Notes: generated by a model from the sequence alone, not told the origin. Shown: positions 38,513 through 50,312, numbered from the stretch's first letter. The stretch is DNA of 64,000 bases from Microcoleus sp. (GCA_042408215.1 JAYFMW010000028.1:96001-160000); one strand, 5' to 3'. Numbers and translations are program-made.

Positions 38513-40120
38513 TCACCGAAAAATATTGAACAACCTGAATATTCCCAATAAAGGATTAAGAGGAGCGAGAGTGCCACCTACATTATCCGAGAACGTAGCG
38601 CGACCCGATCGCCTTACCATGATCACATCATTATTTTGCAATTTGGGATTAGTTTCATCATTAGCTGTTGCCGAAAAATTAATCTTGACAGTTAACTTAG
38701 AAACAGTGCCATTAGAATTGATGCGAATCAAATCTATCGAATCCATTTCTGCCCGCGCTTTATTAAAACCTCCCGCTGCTACCAGCGCTTGATTTAAAGA
38801 AGTATTTGGGGACAAGGCAATTGCTCCCGGTTTGACAACTTCTCCCACAATGCTGACCTTAATTGTATCCGGTGAAAAATTAGAATTAGCTACCTGTGCA
38901 CCTTGAGTTTCGTCGATATTTTCTGCTTTGGGAACAATCACCGTATCTCCCTGTTGCAGCGTTAAATCTTGAGATACATCTCCTGTCTGCAAAAGTTGCC
39001 ACAAATCGACATTAATAATTTGTTCCGTACCAGCCCGCGTCAGGCGACGAACTTGTATTTGTCTAATATCAGCTACCGGCGTAATGCCGCCAGCCATTTT
39101 AATTGCCCTAGTTACTGTTTGCTGCAAAACAGTTTCGCCACCAACAGTCTCGCTAGCAGCAAATAAACCAGAATTTGCACCCAATTCATTCTCTTGTACC
39201 TTACTTTGAACATCTTTTGCCAGAGTATAAGTACCGGGACGAGCTACTTCTCCCACCACCGCAATATTAATTGGCTGAGTGCTTTGTCCGGTAATATTGG
39301 CTACTGCTAAAGTAGGTGCTTCTTGGCGATTTAGGCTAGTTACAGTGGGAATAAATATAGTATCGCCGTCGCGCAAAGTCAGATCTGCCCGCAAGTCGCC
39401 AGCTTGCAATAATTCCCATAAATCAACGTTAATAATTTGTTCCTGTGCGTTGCGTTGGGGGCGGCGGATTTTGATTTGTCGCACGTCTGCTGACTGTGTA
39501 ATGCCGCCAGCCATTCGCAAAGCCCGCGATATCGTTGGCATTTGAGTTCCCATTTGCTCTGTTGTGCCTCCGGGGCCCGCCGCTGAGGATATTGTATAGG
39601 CTCCTGGTCGGTTGATTTCGCCCGCGATCGCAATTTGCAAAGGACGGGCGGCCAGCAGTTTCAGCGTAATCCAAGGACGTTTTAAGTATTTGCCATATCG
39701 CTCTTTAACACTGTTAGCAGCTTGTTCTAAAGTCATTCCGTACACCGAAACGCTGCCAATTAATGGCAAACTCAAGGAACCATCGGCTTGCACTTGGTGT
39801 TGACCGTTGGGGCCGCTGTATTCCGGGACGTTAAAAATGTCCATTTGAATGCGATCGCCCGCTCCCAAAGTGTAAACTTCCGATCGTACAGTTGTAGGTG
39901 CACTTGAAGGCGTATTTGCCGGAACAGCCGGAAATCCTGGAACTGCGGGTACGGGTACCGGTATGGGAACAGAAGAATCAGGAGGAAGAGGACCAGGAGG
40001 AGGAGGAGGCAAAAACTGGGCCGCCGCCGGAGATGAACCCACAGCCAGCACTGACACTGTTAAACAGTTGACAATTAAACCTTTGACAGTATTGAGTCCT
40101 GAATAGTTTTTCACCACCAT
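38513..40120 (-). CDS. wza: Polysaccharide export protein with SLBB domains
   Basis: YTLGAGDRI, DGSLSLPLIG, repeated GEVxxPG/AGG. Confidence 0.88.
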   Translation of the reverse strand: MVVKNYSGLNTVKGLIVNCLTVSVLAVGSSPAAAQFLPPPPPGPLPPDSSVPIPVPVPAVPGFPAVPANTPSSAPTTVRSEVYTLGAGDRIQMDIFNVPEYSGPNGQHQVQADGSLSLPLIGSVSVYGMTLEQAANSVKERYGKYLKRPWITLKLLAARPLQIAIAGEINRPGAYTISSAAGPGGTTEQMGTQMPTISRALRMAGGITQSADVRQIKIRRPQRNAQEQIINVDLWELLQAGDLRADLTLRDGDTIFIPTVTSLNRQEAPTLAVANITGQSTQPINIAVVGEVARPGTYTLAKDVQSKVQENELGANSGLFAASETVGGETVLQQTVTRAIKMAGGITPVADIRQIQVRRLTRAGTEQIINVDLWQLLQTGDVSQDLTLQQGDTVIVPKAENIDETQGAQVANSNFSPDTIKVSIVGEVVKPGAIALSPNTSLNQALVAAGGFNKARAEMDSIDLIRINSNGTVSKLTVKINFSATANDETNPKLQNNDVIMVRRSGRATFSDNVGGTLAPLNPLLGIFRLFNIFR

Positions 40121-40157
40121 CGCCTTTCGCCCCTATCCGCTTCCTACCCCATCACCA

Positions 40158-40682
40158 TCAAATGTAACCCAACTCTTCTAATTTACTCAGAATTTTTGTA
40201 ACACTTTCTGCCACACTTTCCCCATCTGTGTAACAAATAATCTCAGGATTGGGGGGTTCTTCATAGGGATCATCAATTCCTGTAAAGCCCTTAATTTCTC
40301 CGGCTCTTGCCTTAGCATACAGCCCTTTGACATCGCGCGCTTCACACACTTCTAGCGGCGCTTTGACATATACTTCAACAAAGTTAGGTTCCATTGCTCT
40401 AACTTCGTCGCGAATTGCTTGGTAGGGGCTAATAGCTGCCGTAATTGCCACAACCCCATTGCGGCTCAGCAGGTTCGCCACAAATCCAATCCGCAGAATG
40501 TTAGTATCTCGGTCTTCTTTGCTAAATCCCAAACCTTTTGACAAGTGGGTACGCACCACATCTCCATCCAAGATTTCGACTTTACAACCTCTGGCTTTCA
40601 ACTCTGGTTCAAGAGCTTTGCTGATTGTTGTCTTTCCCGAACCGCTCAGTCCGGTGAACCACAAAATAAAACCTTTTTCCAT
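40158..40682 (-). CDS. cysC: Adenylyl-sulfate kinase
   Basis: [34 protein letters not shown]. Confidence 0.95.
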   Translation of the reverse strand: MEKGFILWFTGLSGSGKTTISKALEPELKARGCKVEILDGDVVRTHLSKGLGFSKEDRDTNILRIGFVANLLSRNGVVAITAAISPYQAIRDEVRAMEPNFVEVYVKAPLEVCEARDVKGLYAKARAGEIKGFTGIDDPYEEPPNPEIICYTDGESVAESVTKILSKLEELGYI

Positions 40683-41157
40683 TTTCAATTGCTTTGTGAG
40701 TAGTTTATGGTGGCACTTATGCGACGCATGACTTTACTGTCGCGGTTCCCCATTGTCCGATTTTTTTTGATTTGAATTGCGATCTTAACTCTAAAAATAA
40801 CTAATTTTTTTTTTACCGCAGAGGCCGCAGAGGACGCAGAGGAAGAGGGAAGAGGAGAAATATTTGATCTCAAGGTAAGTAACTCGTTCCTCATTAAACG
40901 TAAAATGCGATCGATCGCTATTACATACCCGACTTCTTAAACAAATCAAGGATCTGGGTATTCGTTTTTTTTAAGTGTTTCTACTTATATTTTATGTGGC
41001 TTTTGTCGATCGCCATTCTCCAATCTCACAGGACTTAGGCACTCCGACTCCTCGAAACCGGGTTTTTTTACGAAAAGACCCGTTACAGCCCGCAGATTCC
41101 CTAAAAAACCCGGTTGCTGGGCCCCCATTCGTAAATCCTATAAAATCTAAAATTCTC

Positions 41158-42999
41158 ATGTCTTCTGTCTTAACAGCCGATGTTTTAGTAGTTGGTGGCG
41201 GTACCGGTGGCACCTCTGCCGCCGTACAAGCGGCCCGCTGTGGTGCCAAAACTATTTTGGTGAGTGAATTTCCCTGGTTGGGCGGAATGCTTACTTCTGC
41301 TGGGGTTTCGGCTCCCGACGGGAACGAATTAGCAGCTTTTGGGACTGGTTTGTGGGGCGCTTTTCTCCGGGAACTTCAGCAGCGGCAGCCGGGAGGTTTG
41401 GATTGGGGCTGGGTCAGTTTTTTTACTTACGATCCCCGCATTGGTGCGGCAATTTTTGCTGATTGGGTTAAATGTTTACCGAATCTGCACTGGATTTCTG
41501 GACAAATACCTCAAGATGTGCTATGGGAAGCCGATCGCATTGTAGGCGTTCAATTCCCAGATTTTACGGTTTGGGCCAAAATCACTTTGGATGCCACTGA
41601 ACTGGGAGATTTATTGGCTTTGGGTGAGGTTTCTCACCGTTGGGGTTGGGAGTTTCAAGGGGAATTTGGAGAACCCAGTGCGCCGATCGCTCCTAATGAT
41701 CTTACACAAACATATCCGGTACAAGCTCCCACTTGGGTCGCAATTATGCAGGACTATGGGGAAGGTGCTGTAGCCCCGGAAATTCCCGCGCCGCCTCTTG
41801 ACAATCCCGATCGCTTTACCGGTGCTTGGGATAATTACACTCCCGAACAATTTCTTAATTACGGCCGACTTCCCGGTGGACTGCTCATGATTAATTGGCC
41901 GATTCGTGGTAATGATTATGGGGAAAAGGTCGATCGACTCATTGGCTCTGAAACATCAAGACAAGAATTCCTCCAAGAAAGTCTATGGCACAGCCATAGT
42001 TTCGCCCGCTTCATTCAAACCCAACTCGGCCGCCGCTACGGCTTAGCAGAGAACATTTTTCCCATCAAAAATCAACAAAATTCTACACTCCTAAATTCTG
42101 CCTTCGCCTTGCATCCCTACTACCGAGAAAGCCGCCGCTTGCAAGGAGTAAAAACAATCCGAGAACAAGATATTTTGCCCGTTACCGGCGGCAGAGTCGC
42201 GAAGTTGCCCATAAATGCTGAGGGAATTTGTGAAACAATTGCGATCGGCAATTACGCCAACGATCACCACTACCCCTGTGGCGACATCCCCTTACAGCCA
42301 AAATCTATCCGCTGGGGCGGTCGCTGGACCGGAACTCCTTTTACAATTCCTTACAGTGCGCTAATTCCTGCGAATACAGACGGTTTGCTAGTCTGCGAAA
42401 AAAATATCTCCGTTTCTCACATCGCTAACGGTGCCACTCGCTTACAGCCGACGGTAATGAATATCGGACAGGCGGCGGGGATGGCGGCGGCTTTGTGTGT
42501 CCAACGGGGATGTCAGCCGCGGGAGTTGCCAGTCAGAGTTTTGCAGGAGGCTTTGCTGCAAGATTTCGAGGCGAGTGTGGCAGTTATTCCTTTATTTAAT
42601 TTGACACCTAATCGATCGGATTGGCTTTACTGGCAACGCTATTATTGCGATCGACCTTCCTCCTATCCAGCCAGCGGTAATTGTCCTTTGTCGGTAGAGA
42701 AACCAAGCACTGACAGCAGAAATACTCAAAGCCCCTTTTCTGGCATTTTCCACCGCCGAGGCGAACAAGATTACGCCCTGACGCTGACTGATTCGGCATC
42801 CAATGCCCGACAAACTTGGCAACTCGTGACTTTAGAGCCTGAAACCGACCAGTTTTTACAGAGTTGCGAAACCGAAAAGCCTCTGACAGTATGGGGGAGG
42901 CTGAATTTGGCCGGTGCTTGGCTGCTGGTAGAAGCAGCAGAGTTAGGGGAATCTGGTTTTTTGCAGAAGTTCCTGAAATTTCACAGAAATTTATCCTGA
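41158..42999 (+). CDS. FAD-dependent oxidoreductase
   Basis: VVGGGTGG, DATELGD, YYRESRR, GATRLQP; usual neighbour of patX/hetR. Confidence 0.88.
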   Translation: MSSVLTADVLVVGGGTGGTSAAVQAARCGAKTILVSEFPWLGGMLTSAGVSAPDGNELAAFGTGLWGAFLRELQQRQPGGLDWGWVSFFTYDPRIGAAIFADWVKCLPNLHWISGQIPQDVLWEADRIVGVQFPDFTVWAKITLDATELGDLLALGEVSHRWGWEFQGEFGEPSAPIAPNDLTQTYPVQAPTWVAIMQDYGEGAVAPEIPAPPLDNPDRFTGAWDNYTPEQFLNYGRLPGGLLMINWPIRGNDYGEKVDRLIGSETSRQEFLQESLWHSHSFARFIQTQLGRRYGLAENIFPIKNQQNSTLLNSAFALHPYYRESRRLQGVKTIREQDILPVTGGRVAKLPINAEGICETIAIGNYANDHHYPCGDIPLQPKSIRWGGRWTGTPFTIPYSALIPANTDGLLVCEKNISVSHIANGATRLQPTVMNIGQAAGMAAALCVQRGCQPRELPVRVLQEALLQDFEASVAVIPLFNLTPNRSDWLYWQRYYCDRPSSYPASGNCPLSVEKPSTDSRNTQSPFSGIFHRRGEQDYALTLTDSASNARQTWQLVTLEPETDQFLQSCETEKPLTVWGRLNLAGAWLLVEAAELGESGFLQKFLKFHRNLS

Positions 43000-43053
43000 T
43001 CGATCGGGGAGAGTCCGTATCAGTTAATAGACACTGACACGGATACTAACCCC

Positions 43054-43233
43054 ATGCAAACTTACACACCATTTGCTTTACTGAGTCTTTTGGGCGTTAC
43101 TTTGAGCGCTACTGTCGATGGAGCTTTTGAATCCCTCGTCGGACTGCTCGAAATTGCCACCGCTCCATACATTTTATCCGCCCAAACTGCACAAAGGGGC
43201 GATCGTTCTCCAGAAAGAGGCAGCGGACGCTGA
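43054..43233 (+). CDS. patX: PatX-family HetR-inhibitor peptide precursor, 59 aa, ends ERGSGR (absent from ORF track)
   Basis: MQTYTPFALLSLLGVTLSATVDGAFESLVGLLEIATAPYILSAQTAQRGDRSPERGSGR*; signal-like N-terminus; lies between the FAD oxidoreductase and hetR. Confidence 0.85.
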   Translation: MQTYTPFALLSLLGVTLSATVDGAFESLVGLLEIATAPYILSAQTAQRGDRSPERGSGR

Positions 43234-43861
43234 GAGTTCATTGAGCCTCATCTTTACACTCATCCGCTACAAGCATTTTAATGACATTGGACGAAAGCGA
43301 TTTCCGTTATTGAGTTAGTTTTGACCGCCCGTGTCGAGCGCTCAATCTGATTTTCTGGGATGCTAGTTTTTCAGGTTCCCAAGGCAACTGCACTTCTTGT
43401 TTACAGTCAATAGGATCTTCTTTTGTGTGAGTGATGATAGCAGATAAAACTTCAACCGCCATCGATCGAGAGATTGACTCTCGTCTTTGGCGGTTTTGTA
43501 TATTATTGCAACCTTCTGGGTAGTGCAATTAGGAAGTTTTTACTGAAACCAGAGATTTTCTGCCATTTCACATCGACTTCTGACTGCTCTCATAGATCGG
43601 CTGCTACCCATCTAAAGTGTCTGTTGCTTCTCGACGGGGGAGAGGGTGAGAAAGGGAGAGGGCAAGAGAATTTTACGCTTTTTATACAAGGATTTTAGGA
43701 GACTATTTAAATGCGCGATCGCTTAACTAAAGCCTGATTCCTGATTCTGATTCCTGATTCCTTCTTCCTGATTCTATAGTTTGATAATTTCAGGGAAATT
43801 CATCCTGATCGGCCTGGGTAAATTCCGTATCTCTAAATAGACACTGACACGGATACTACCC

Positions 43862-44083
43862 ATGAAAACCTACACAGCAATTGCTTTACTGAGCCTTTTG
43901 GGCATGACCTTAAGTGCCACTTCCAGTGCAGCCGTTGAACCTCCAGCCCAAGGGTTCGAAACAGCTACTGCTCAATATATGTTGTCAGCGCAAACTCAAC
44001 AAAGCCCCGAGCGTGCTCCTAAGAGAAGCAGCTCCCGCAAAAATTTCATCGAGTCTAATGTTTCCACTCATCCGCTACAATAA
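43862..44083 (+). CDS. PatX paralog with degenerate motif (PKRSSSRK)
   Basis: Aligns end to end with the 43054 peptide; shares upstream and downstream DNA. Confidence 0.75.
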   Translation: MKTYTAIALLSLLGMTLSATSSAAVEPPAQGFETATAQYMLSAQTQQSPERAPKRSSSRKNFIESNVSTHPLQ

Positions 44084-44533
44084 TTTTCATGGTACTGTAC
44101 GAAACCGATTTCCCCAACTCACTTGGTTCGGGCCGTTAATCCGATCGCTCGCTCTGATGAAATAGAATTATCGTTTTTCCATTTCAACGACAATTGCACT
44201 TTTTGTTGACAGTGATTAGGAGATTCTTTTGTGTGTGAGTAATGATAGCATATAAACTTTTAACCGCCATCTACCTAGAGATAGACTCTAGGGTGGGGCG
44301 GTTTTGTATTGAGAACAATTCAAATACCAATTACTACCGGATTATTCAGCGAATTTACAATAATTCATATTCTGTACGGATACAGTAATTCAAAGATCAA
44401 TCAGCTCTGAGTGCTGACGGGGTGCGATCGCGCTGGATGCCAAGGCGTTGGCGTGACAGAAAGGGAAATTAACTGGGATGAACAGTGGGCTTGCTGGCAA
44501 GCTTTTTGACGACAGTCGGCTATGCTTGAATCT

Positions 44534-44550
44534 GAGGGGTATTCACCCTC
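44534..44550. promoter_or_regulatory. Putative HetR-binding palindrome upstream of hetR
   Basis: GAGGGGTATTCACCCTC, 13/17 identical to the hetP HetR site GAGGGGTCTAACCCCTC as I recall it. Confidence 0.45.
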
Positions 44551-44677
44551 ATTACACGCCGAGGTGAGTTACTGTATCGGAAGCCTCTCATCTGTTGTGC
44601 AAGCAGATGGTGCTTTCATGTCTCCTCACCTTGCTCCGAAACGGGTTTCTTCAACTCCTGCTTGACTTAACAACTGA

Positions 44678-45661
<984 letters not shown>

Positions 45662-45664
<3 letters not shown>

Positions 45665-45967
45665 TCATTGGTCATTGGTCATTGGTCATTGGGCCGATCG
45701 AGGATTAGTCATTGGTCATTGGTCATTGGTCATGGGGCATGGGGCTACGAGTAGGGAATTACGAATTCTTCTTACGAATTAAAAATTACGAGTAGGGAAT
45801 TACGAATTCCTAATTCCTAATTACGAGTGAATAATTCGTAATTTTTAATTCGTAATTCTTCTTACGAATTAAAAATTACGAGTAGGGAATTACAAATTCC
45901 TAATTCCGAATTACGAGTGAATAATTCGTAATTCGGAATTTTTAATTCTTCCTTCTTCCTTCTTCCT
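45662..45967. repeat. STRR-type heptamer tracts (GTCATTG, AATTACG) with local duplications
   Basis: Visible repeats between convergent genes. Confidence 0.85.
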
Positions 45968-45983
45968 TCAACATCTGCTATAA

Positions 45984-46862
45984 CTAAGCTAAAAAAGCTC
46001 TCCAGACTAAGGCTAAGATGATGGCTGCGATCGCTCCGATGAGTGTATTGACAAAATTCACCACCTCGTTGGTGAGCCACTCAAACTTTGATTGGACGGT
46101 TGCGCCAATCACGCTCTCGATGTTGGTGGCAATAAAAGCTGCAATAACACAAAAAGCAATTCCTGTCAAGTCTATTAAACCCACAGCCCAAGCTAAAAGT
46201 GCGATCGCGATCGAAGCTGCAATACCTGCGAGAGTTCCTTCTAAACTCACAGCCCCTTCGGTACCCCTAGGTACGGGCTTCAAGGTAGTAATCAAAAACG
46301 TCCGCTTCCCGTAAGCTTTACCAATTTCGCTGGCGCTGGTGTCGGAAAGTTTGGTGCAAAAACTGGCCGCGTAGCCCAGCAATAACCAGGAAATAACCTC
46401 TTGTGGGACAGGCAAAATTAAATTTTGTGGAACAGGCATCTTGCCTGTTTGTTGTAAAATACTGGCTGTCTCTCCTAAAATCTTGCCTGTCTCTCCTAAA
46501 ATAGAGAATCCCAAAACTCCCAAAGCACAAAGAGTAGCGGTTAAAGCAGAACCCCAAACATTTTCCGGGCCTCGTGCGCCGGAACGCTTTTCGGCTATGC
46601 CTTCTGCTTCTTTTTGGGCTTTACCGATACGAGTAACTCCCGATCCGACGAGAAAGTAGAACATCACCACAGCATAGCCTTGCCATCCCAAACAGCCCCA
46701 GATGGTGACACCCAACAGCCAGCCGTGAAATTGCCCAGCCGGAGTGAGCAATTTTTTGGGGACAATAGTGGCGATCGCCAGTAAAATTGTATTCAGGGCG
46801 ATCGCCACCAACCAAGGATTAGACCAAGACAAATAATTAAAGAACAATTCAGAATTCTGCAT
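45984..46862 (-). CDS. DUF92/TIGR00297 membrane protein
   Basis: RGPENVWGSA, KLSDTSASEIGKAYG, GTEGAVSLEGT. Confidence 0.9.
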   Translation of the reverse strand: MQNSELFFNYLSWSNPWLVAIALNTILLAIATIVPKKLLTPAGQFHGWLLGVTIWGCLGWQGYAVVMFYFLVGSGVTRIGKAQKEAEGIAEKRSGARGPENVWGSALTATLCALGVLGFSILGETGKILGETASILQQTGKMPVPQNLILPVPQEVISWLLLGYAASFCTKLSDTSASEIGKAYGKRTFLITTLKPVPRGTEGAVSLEGTLAGIAASIAIALLAWAVGLIDLTGIAFCVIAAFIATNIESVIGATVQSKFEWLTNEVVNFVNTLIGAIAAIILALVWRAFLA

Positions 46863-46873
46863 TGAGTACCTCT

Positions 46874-47305
46874 ATGAACAAAGTCTTATTTCATCTTGCC
46901 TTTCCCGTGAGCGATATTGCTCAAACAAAAGCCTTCTACGTGAACGGACTCGGCTGCGAATTGGGTCGCGAATCCCCAAATTCTGTAATTATGGGTTTGT
47001 GCGGTCATCAAATAGTCGCCCACGTCAGCCACGAACCTTTGACACCCCAGCGAGGCATCTATCCCCGGCATTTTGGATTAATTTTTACTTCAGAAGCTGA
47101 CTGGGAAGGGTTGTTAGAAAAGGCAAAACAAAATAACTTGAACTTCTATCAAGAACCAAGACGGCGGTTTGTCGGTTTGCCTACAGAGCACCGCACTTTT
47201 TTCTTGGAAGACCCCTCTCACAATATACTGGAATTTAAGTATTACTGTGAAGCTGAAGCAATTTTTGGGCTGAGCGAATATGCTGAAGTCGGCGATGCTG
47301 TTTGA
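46874..47305 (+). CDS. VOC/glyoxalase family protein
   Basis: FHLAFPV, HFGL, FFLEDPSHNILEFK. Confidence 0.88.
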   Translation: MNKVLFHLAFPVSDIAQTKAFYVNGLGCELGRESPNSVIMGLCGHQIVAHVSHEPLTPQRGIYPRHFGLIFTSEADWEGLLEKAKQNNLNFYQEPRRRFVGLPTEHRTFFLEDPSHNILEFKYYCEAEAIFGLSEYAEVGDAV

Positions 47306-47534
47306 TTGCTCAATACGGTTTACTTAAGGCTTGGGAGGGTTTAAGATATTAAAAACACGAGGCTTCATTTTTATTCCAGTACCTCTGTGTTTAACTTCTT
47401 TGGATTTAAATTTTGAAACAGGTTTTTTCACAACTCTTGGGTTATTTCTCTCAACTCTTTGTGGCAAAGTCGCATCAATAATCTCCAAATTCAACCAAGT
47501 TAAAAAAAGGTGTTAAATATAGGGGCAACCAATC

Positions 47535-47855
47535 CTAGCAAAAATTGATAACTAAATCATAATTCTGGTGAACTTGATAAGCATAGTGCCACATATTTGC
47601 TAAAACAGAATTTCCCGGCATAGTAATGGGATCTGTGCGCTGTTGTTCTTGACAAGGAACCTGAAACGCCCCGTCAATTTGATGAATTTTAAATAAATCC
47701 ATCCGCGAACCTGCCGGAGCGACAATTTCTAATTCATGTCCTCGCTGATGGAGAGCTTTAGCTAAATTCAATATAGTTAATTCCACTCCTCCTCCTAATC
47801 CGGTTCCCAGGGGACCAACGGAGGTAGAAACTAACAGTATTTTGTAGGCTGCCAT
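47535..47855 (-). pseudogene. N-terminal fragment of a GT4 glycosyltransferase
   Basis: VSTSVGPLGTGLGGGVE...RGHEL; stops after 106 aa. Confidence 0.7.
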
Positions 47856-48139
47856 GGTGATGTTCCCAGTTTAGGCGATCGCGCTGAAACTATTTTACTA
47901 GAAATACAGCTTTTTATCTGCTGTCTTCTACCAATTTAAAACGAGTCTTGACAAGAAACACTTATATTGATACACTTACAAAGTGAAAAATTACTAATCT
48001 CAAAAAAGAATGACTGATTTGGATTTACGCGATCGCATCTAATTTTAAGTTCAATCATTGCACCAGATTCCCATTGACAAATATTGAAAATTTTGCTAAC
48101 CTGACTCTCAAGTATTTTTAAGATATCCCAAGGAAAGTT

Positions 48140-48958
48140 ATGACTCAGGACAAACCAATATTGTACGATCGATCCATATTTGATGGCCTTAATTTTAACA
48201 CCAGTCTGACTGACAATGGTAAATATCCAGAATTTTGTCAACAAGCAATTCAGGATGATTCCCTATTCAATGACTTTCGCAGAAATGAAACCTACAACTT
48301 CGCCTTGGAGCATGATTCTCAAAAGCAAGGCTTAGAGTATTTAGAAGTAGCGAAAAACTTAAAACTCTTTGCGGATTACATTGAAGAATTAAAACAGAAT
48401 GACACAGTGGGAAATCCCATCAAATTCAATTACGACCAAATTGGCGAAATTTCTCCCACAACTATTCGCTATATAAAAGTCCTCAGCGATATTGAGCGCG
48501 AGTTTGGGACATTGAATAATTTAAATGTTTGTGAAATTGGCGTAGGCTATGGCGGACTTTGCCGCATCATTGACAGCTACTTTAGGTCGGTGAAATCCTA
48601 CTGTTTGGTAGATTTACAACCCGTATTGGGGCTGACTCAAAAATATCTGAATCATTTCCAAATTAATACCTCAATTTCTTGCAAGACAGCCGAGGATTTG
48701 TCAGTCCAAGATCGGTATGATTTGGTAATCAGTAACTACGCCTTTACAGAACTTAGACGGGAAGTACAGGATATCTACCTAGAAAAGATTATTTTGAATT
48801 CTCAGAAGGGATATATCACCTACAATCAAATCAATTTTCTAGATTTCAATGGCTATAGCGTTGATGAGCTAATTGAAATAATCCCGAATGGGAAGATTTT
48901 GTATGAAATCGAAATGACTAACCCAGGAGATTGTATATTGGTTTGGTCGCAGAATTAA
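48140..48958 (+). CDS. Putative sugar O-methyltransferase
   Basis: VGNP, TTIRY, EIGVGYGG, DLVISNYAFTEL. Confidence 0.75.
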   Translation: MTQDKPILYDRSIFDGLNFNTSLTDNGKYPEFCQQAIQDDSLFNDFRRNETYNFALEHDSQKQGLEYLEVAKNLKLFADYIEELKQNDTVGNPIKFNYDQIGEISPTTIRYIKVLSDIEREFGTLNNLNVCEIGVGYGGLCRIIDSYFRSVKSYCLVDLQPVLGLTQKYLNHFQINTSISCKTAEDLSVQDRYDLVISNYAFTELRREVQDIYLEKIILNSQKGYITYNQINFLDFNGYSVDELIEIIPNGKILYEIEMTNPGDCILVWSQN

Positions 48959-48989
48959 TTAGTCAGAATTTTCGCTTGGCAGGCTTTAA

Positions 48990-50066
48990 ATGAACGTCTC
49001 CATTATTATCCCAGCTTACAACAGTGCAGAAACAATTGCGGAAACATTGACCTCTGTTCAGGCGCAAACTGTTTCCCATTGGGAAGCTATTATAGTCGAT
49101 GATGGTTCCAGCGATCGCACAACAGAAGTTGCCAACCAGTTTGTCACAGATCGTCGCATTCGACTATTAAGCCAATCTAATCAAGGAGTAAGTGTAGCTC
49201 GAAATGCCGGAATAGCCTTGGCAAAATTTGATTGGTTATTATTTTTAGATGCAGATGACTGGATATCGCCATTATATCTAGAAAAGATGGCGGCAGCACT
49301 TCAGAAAGATCCTAGTTTAGATGCCATTCACTGCGGAGGAATTCGGATCAATCCTGACGGTATTACCATCCTAGAACAGTACGCTCCCCCATTGACAGAT
49401 TTATTTCCGGTCTTTGCCACTGGCTGTTCCTTGATGATTCATGCCTGCGTAGTTCGCAAAACAATTGTTGAGTCTTTAGGCGGATTTGATCCTTCTTTTC
49501 GTACTTCTGAAGATTGGGATTTGTGGCAGCGAATTGCTCGAACAGGAGCTAGATTTGGAGCAGTTAAAGAAGTATTGGTATTTTACCGTCAGCGGCCTAA
49601 TTCCCTCTCCAGAGATATTAATCATATCTTTGCCGACACCCTGCGCGTTGTTAACCAAGGCCATGAATTTGATGCTCGCGTAGCTAATCCCCATCCTAAC
49701 TATGTTCAAGGATTGCCAAAAGATGGTCTGGCGAGCTTACGATTGAAATGTTCACCTTGGTTTGCCGGATTTTGTATTAGTTTGGGAGAAAATCCTTTGC
49801 CACTACTGCAATTGGTGGCGAGCGATCGCGATCCTAATCTATTTCCCAGACATATTGTTGATACTATCTTTAAATCTATCATCGTCGCCACTTGTCAGCC
49901 GCCGGAGATTTGGCAACAATTATGGCCTACTGCCGAACCAGCTATTAAAGAATTTTTAGCAGCCTTAGAAACCCAATCTCAAACTATCGGTTTGGCTCAT
50001 AGCACCTATACGCTTTTAGAGCGGATGATTGTGGAGCAAATGGAAATAACTAAAAACCCTTGTTGA
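48990..50066 (+). CDS. GT2 glycosyltransferase, probably C-terminally truncated
   Basis: IIPAYN, VDDGS, FLDADD, EDWDLW; decayed continuation at about 50060-50290. Confidence 0.85.
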   Translation: MNVSIIIPAYNSAETIAETLTSVQAQTVSHWEAIIVDDGSSDRTTEVANQFVTDRRIRLLSQSNQGVSVARNAGIALAKFDWLLFLDADDWISPLYLEKMAAALQKDPSLDAIHCGGIRINPDGITILEQYAPPLTDLFPVFATGCSLMIHACVVRKTIVESLGGFDPSFRTSEDWDLWQRIARTGARFGAVKEVLVFYRQRPNSLSRDINHIFADTLRVVNQGHEFDARVANPHPNYVQGLPKDGLASLRLKCSPWFAGFCISLGENPLPLLQLVASDRDPNLFPRHIVDTIFKSIIVATCQPPEIWQQLWPTAEPAIKEFLAALETQSQTIGLAHSTYTLLERMIVEQMEITKNPC

Positions 50067-50312
50067 TTGGCAATACCTACGCTCTTGTTTTAGAGGTGAC
50101 TGAGCCAATTCCAGATCTGGATTTAACTCAGCAAGCCGAACGTTTTTACTGTATTGTCAAAATGTAGGGAATGAAGTTAGGGAGTATCGAGTTACTGATT
50201 GGGCATGGACAAATTTGTAGTTGGGTAATTCAGGATGCGATCTCCGCTCGTTTTGCTGGGCAAATTATGCAGCGATTTTTACAGAATACCCCAACCCAAA
50301 AACAGGAAATTT

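Noticed and set aside
40975..41157. N-terminal extension of the FAD oxidoreductase
   Set aside because: Translates an AGAAACCGGGTTT-type intergenic repeat (also at about 17896, 19387, 38423); the Rossmann motif follows ATG 41158
43118..43318. 66-aa ORF in the track
   Set aside because: Alternative frame overlapping the RGSGR-encoding patX ORF
43307..43528. Minus-strand ORF in the patX duplication
   Set aside because: Frame is not preserved in the second copy
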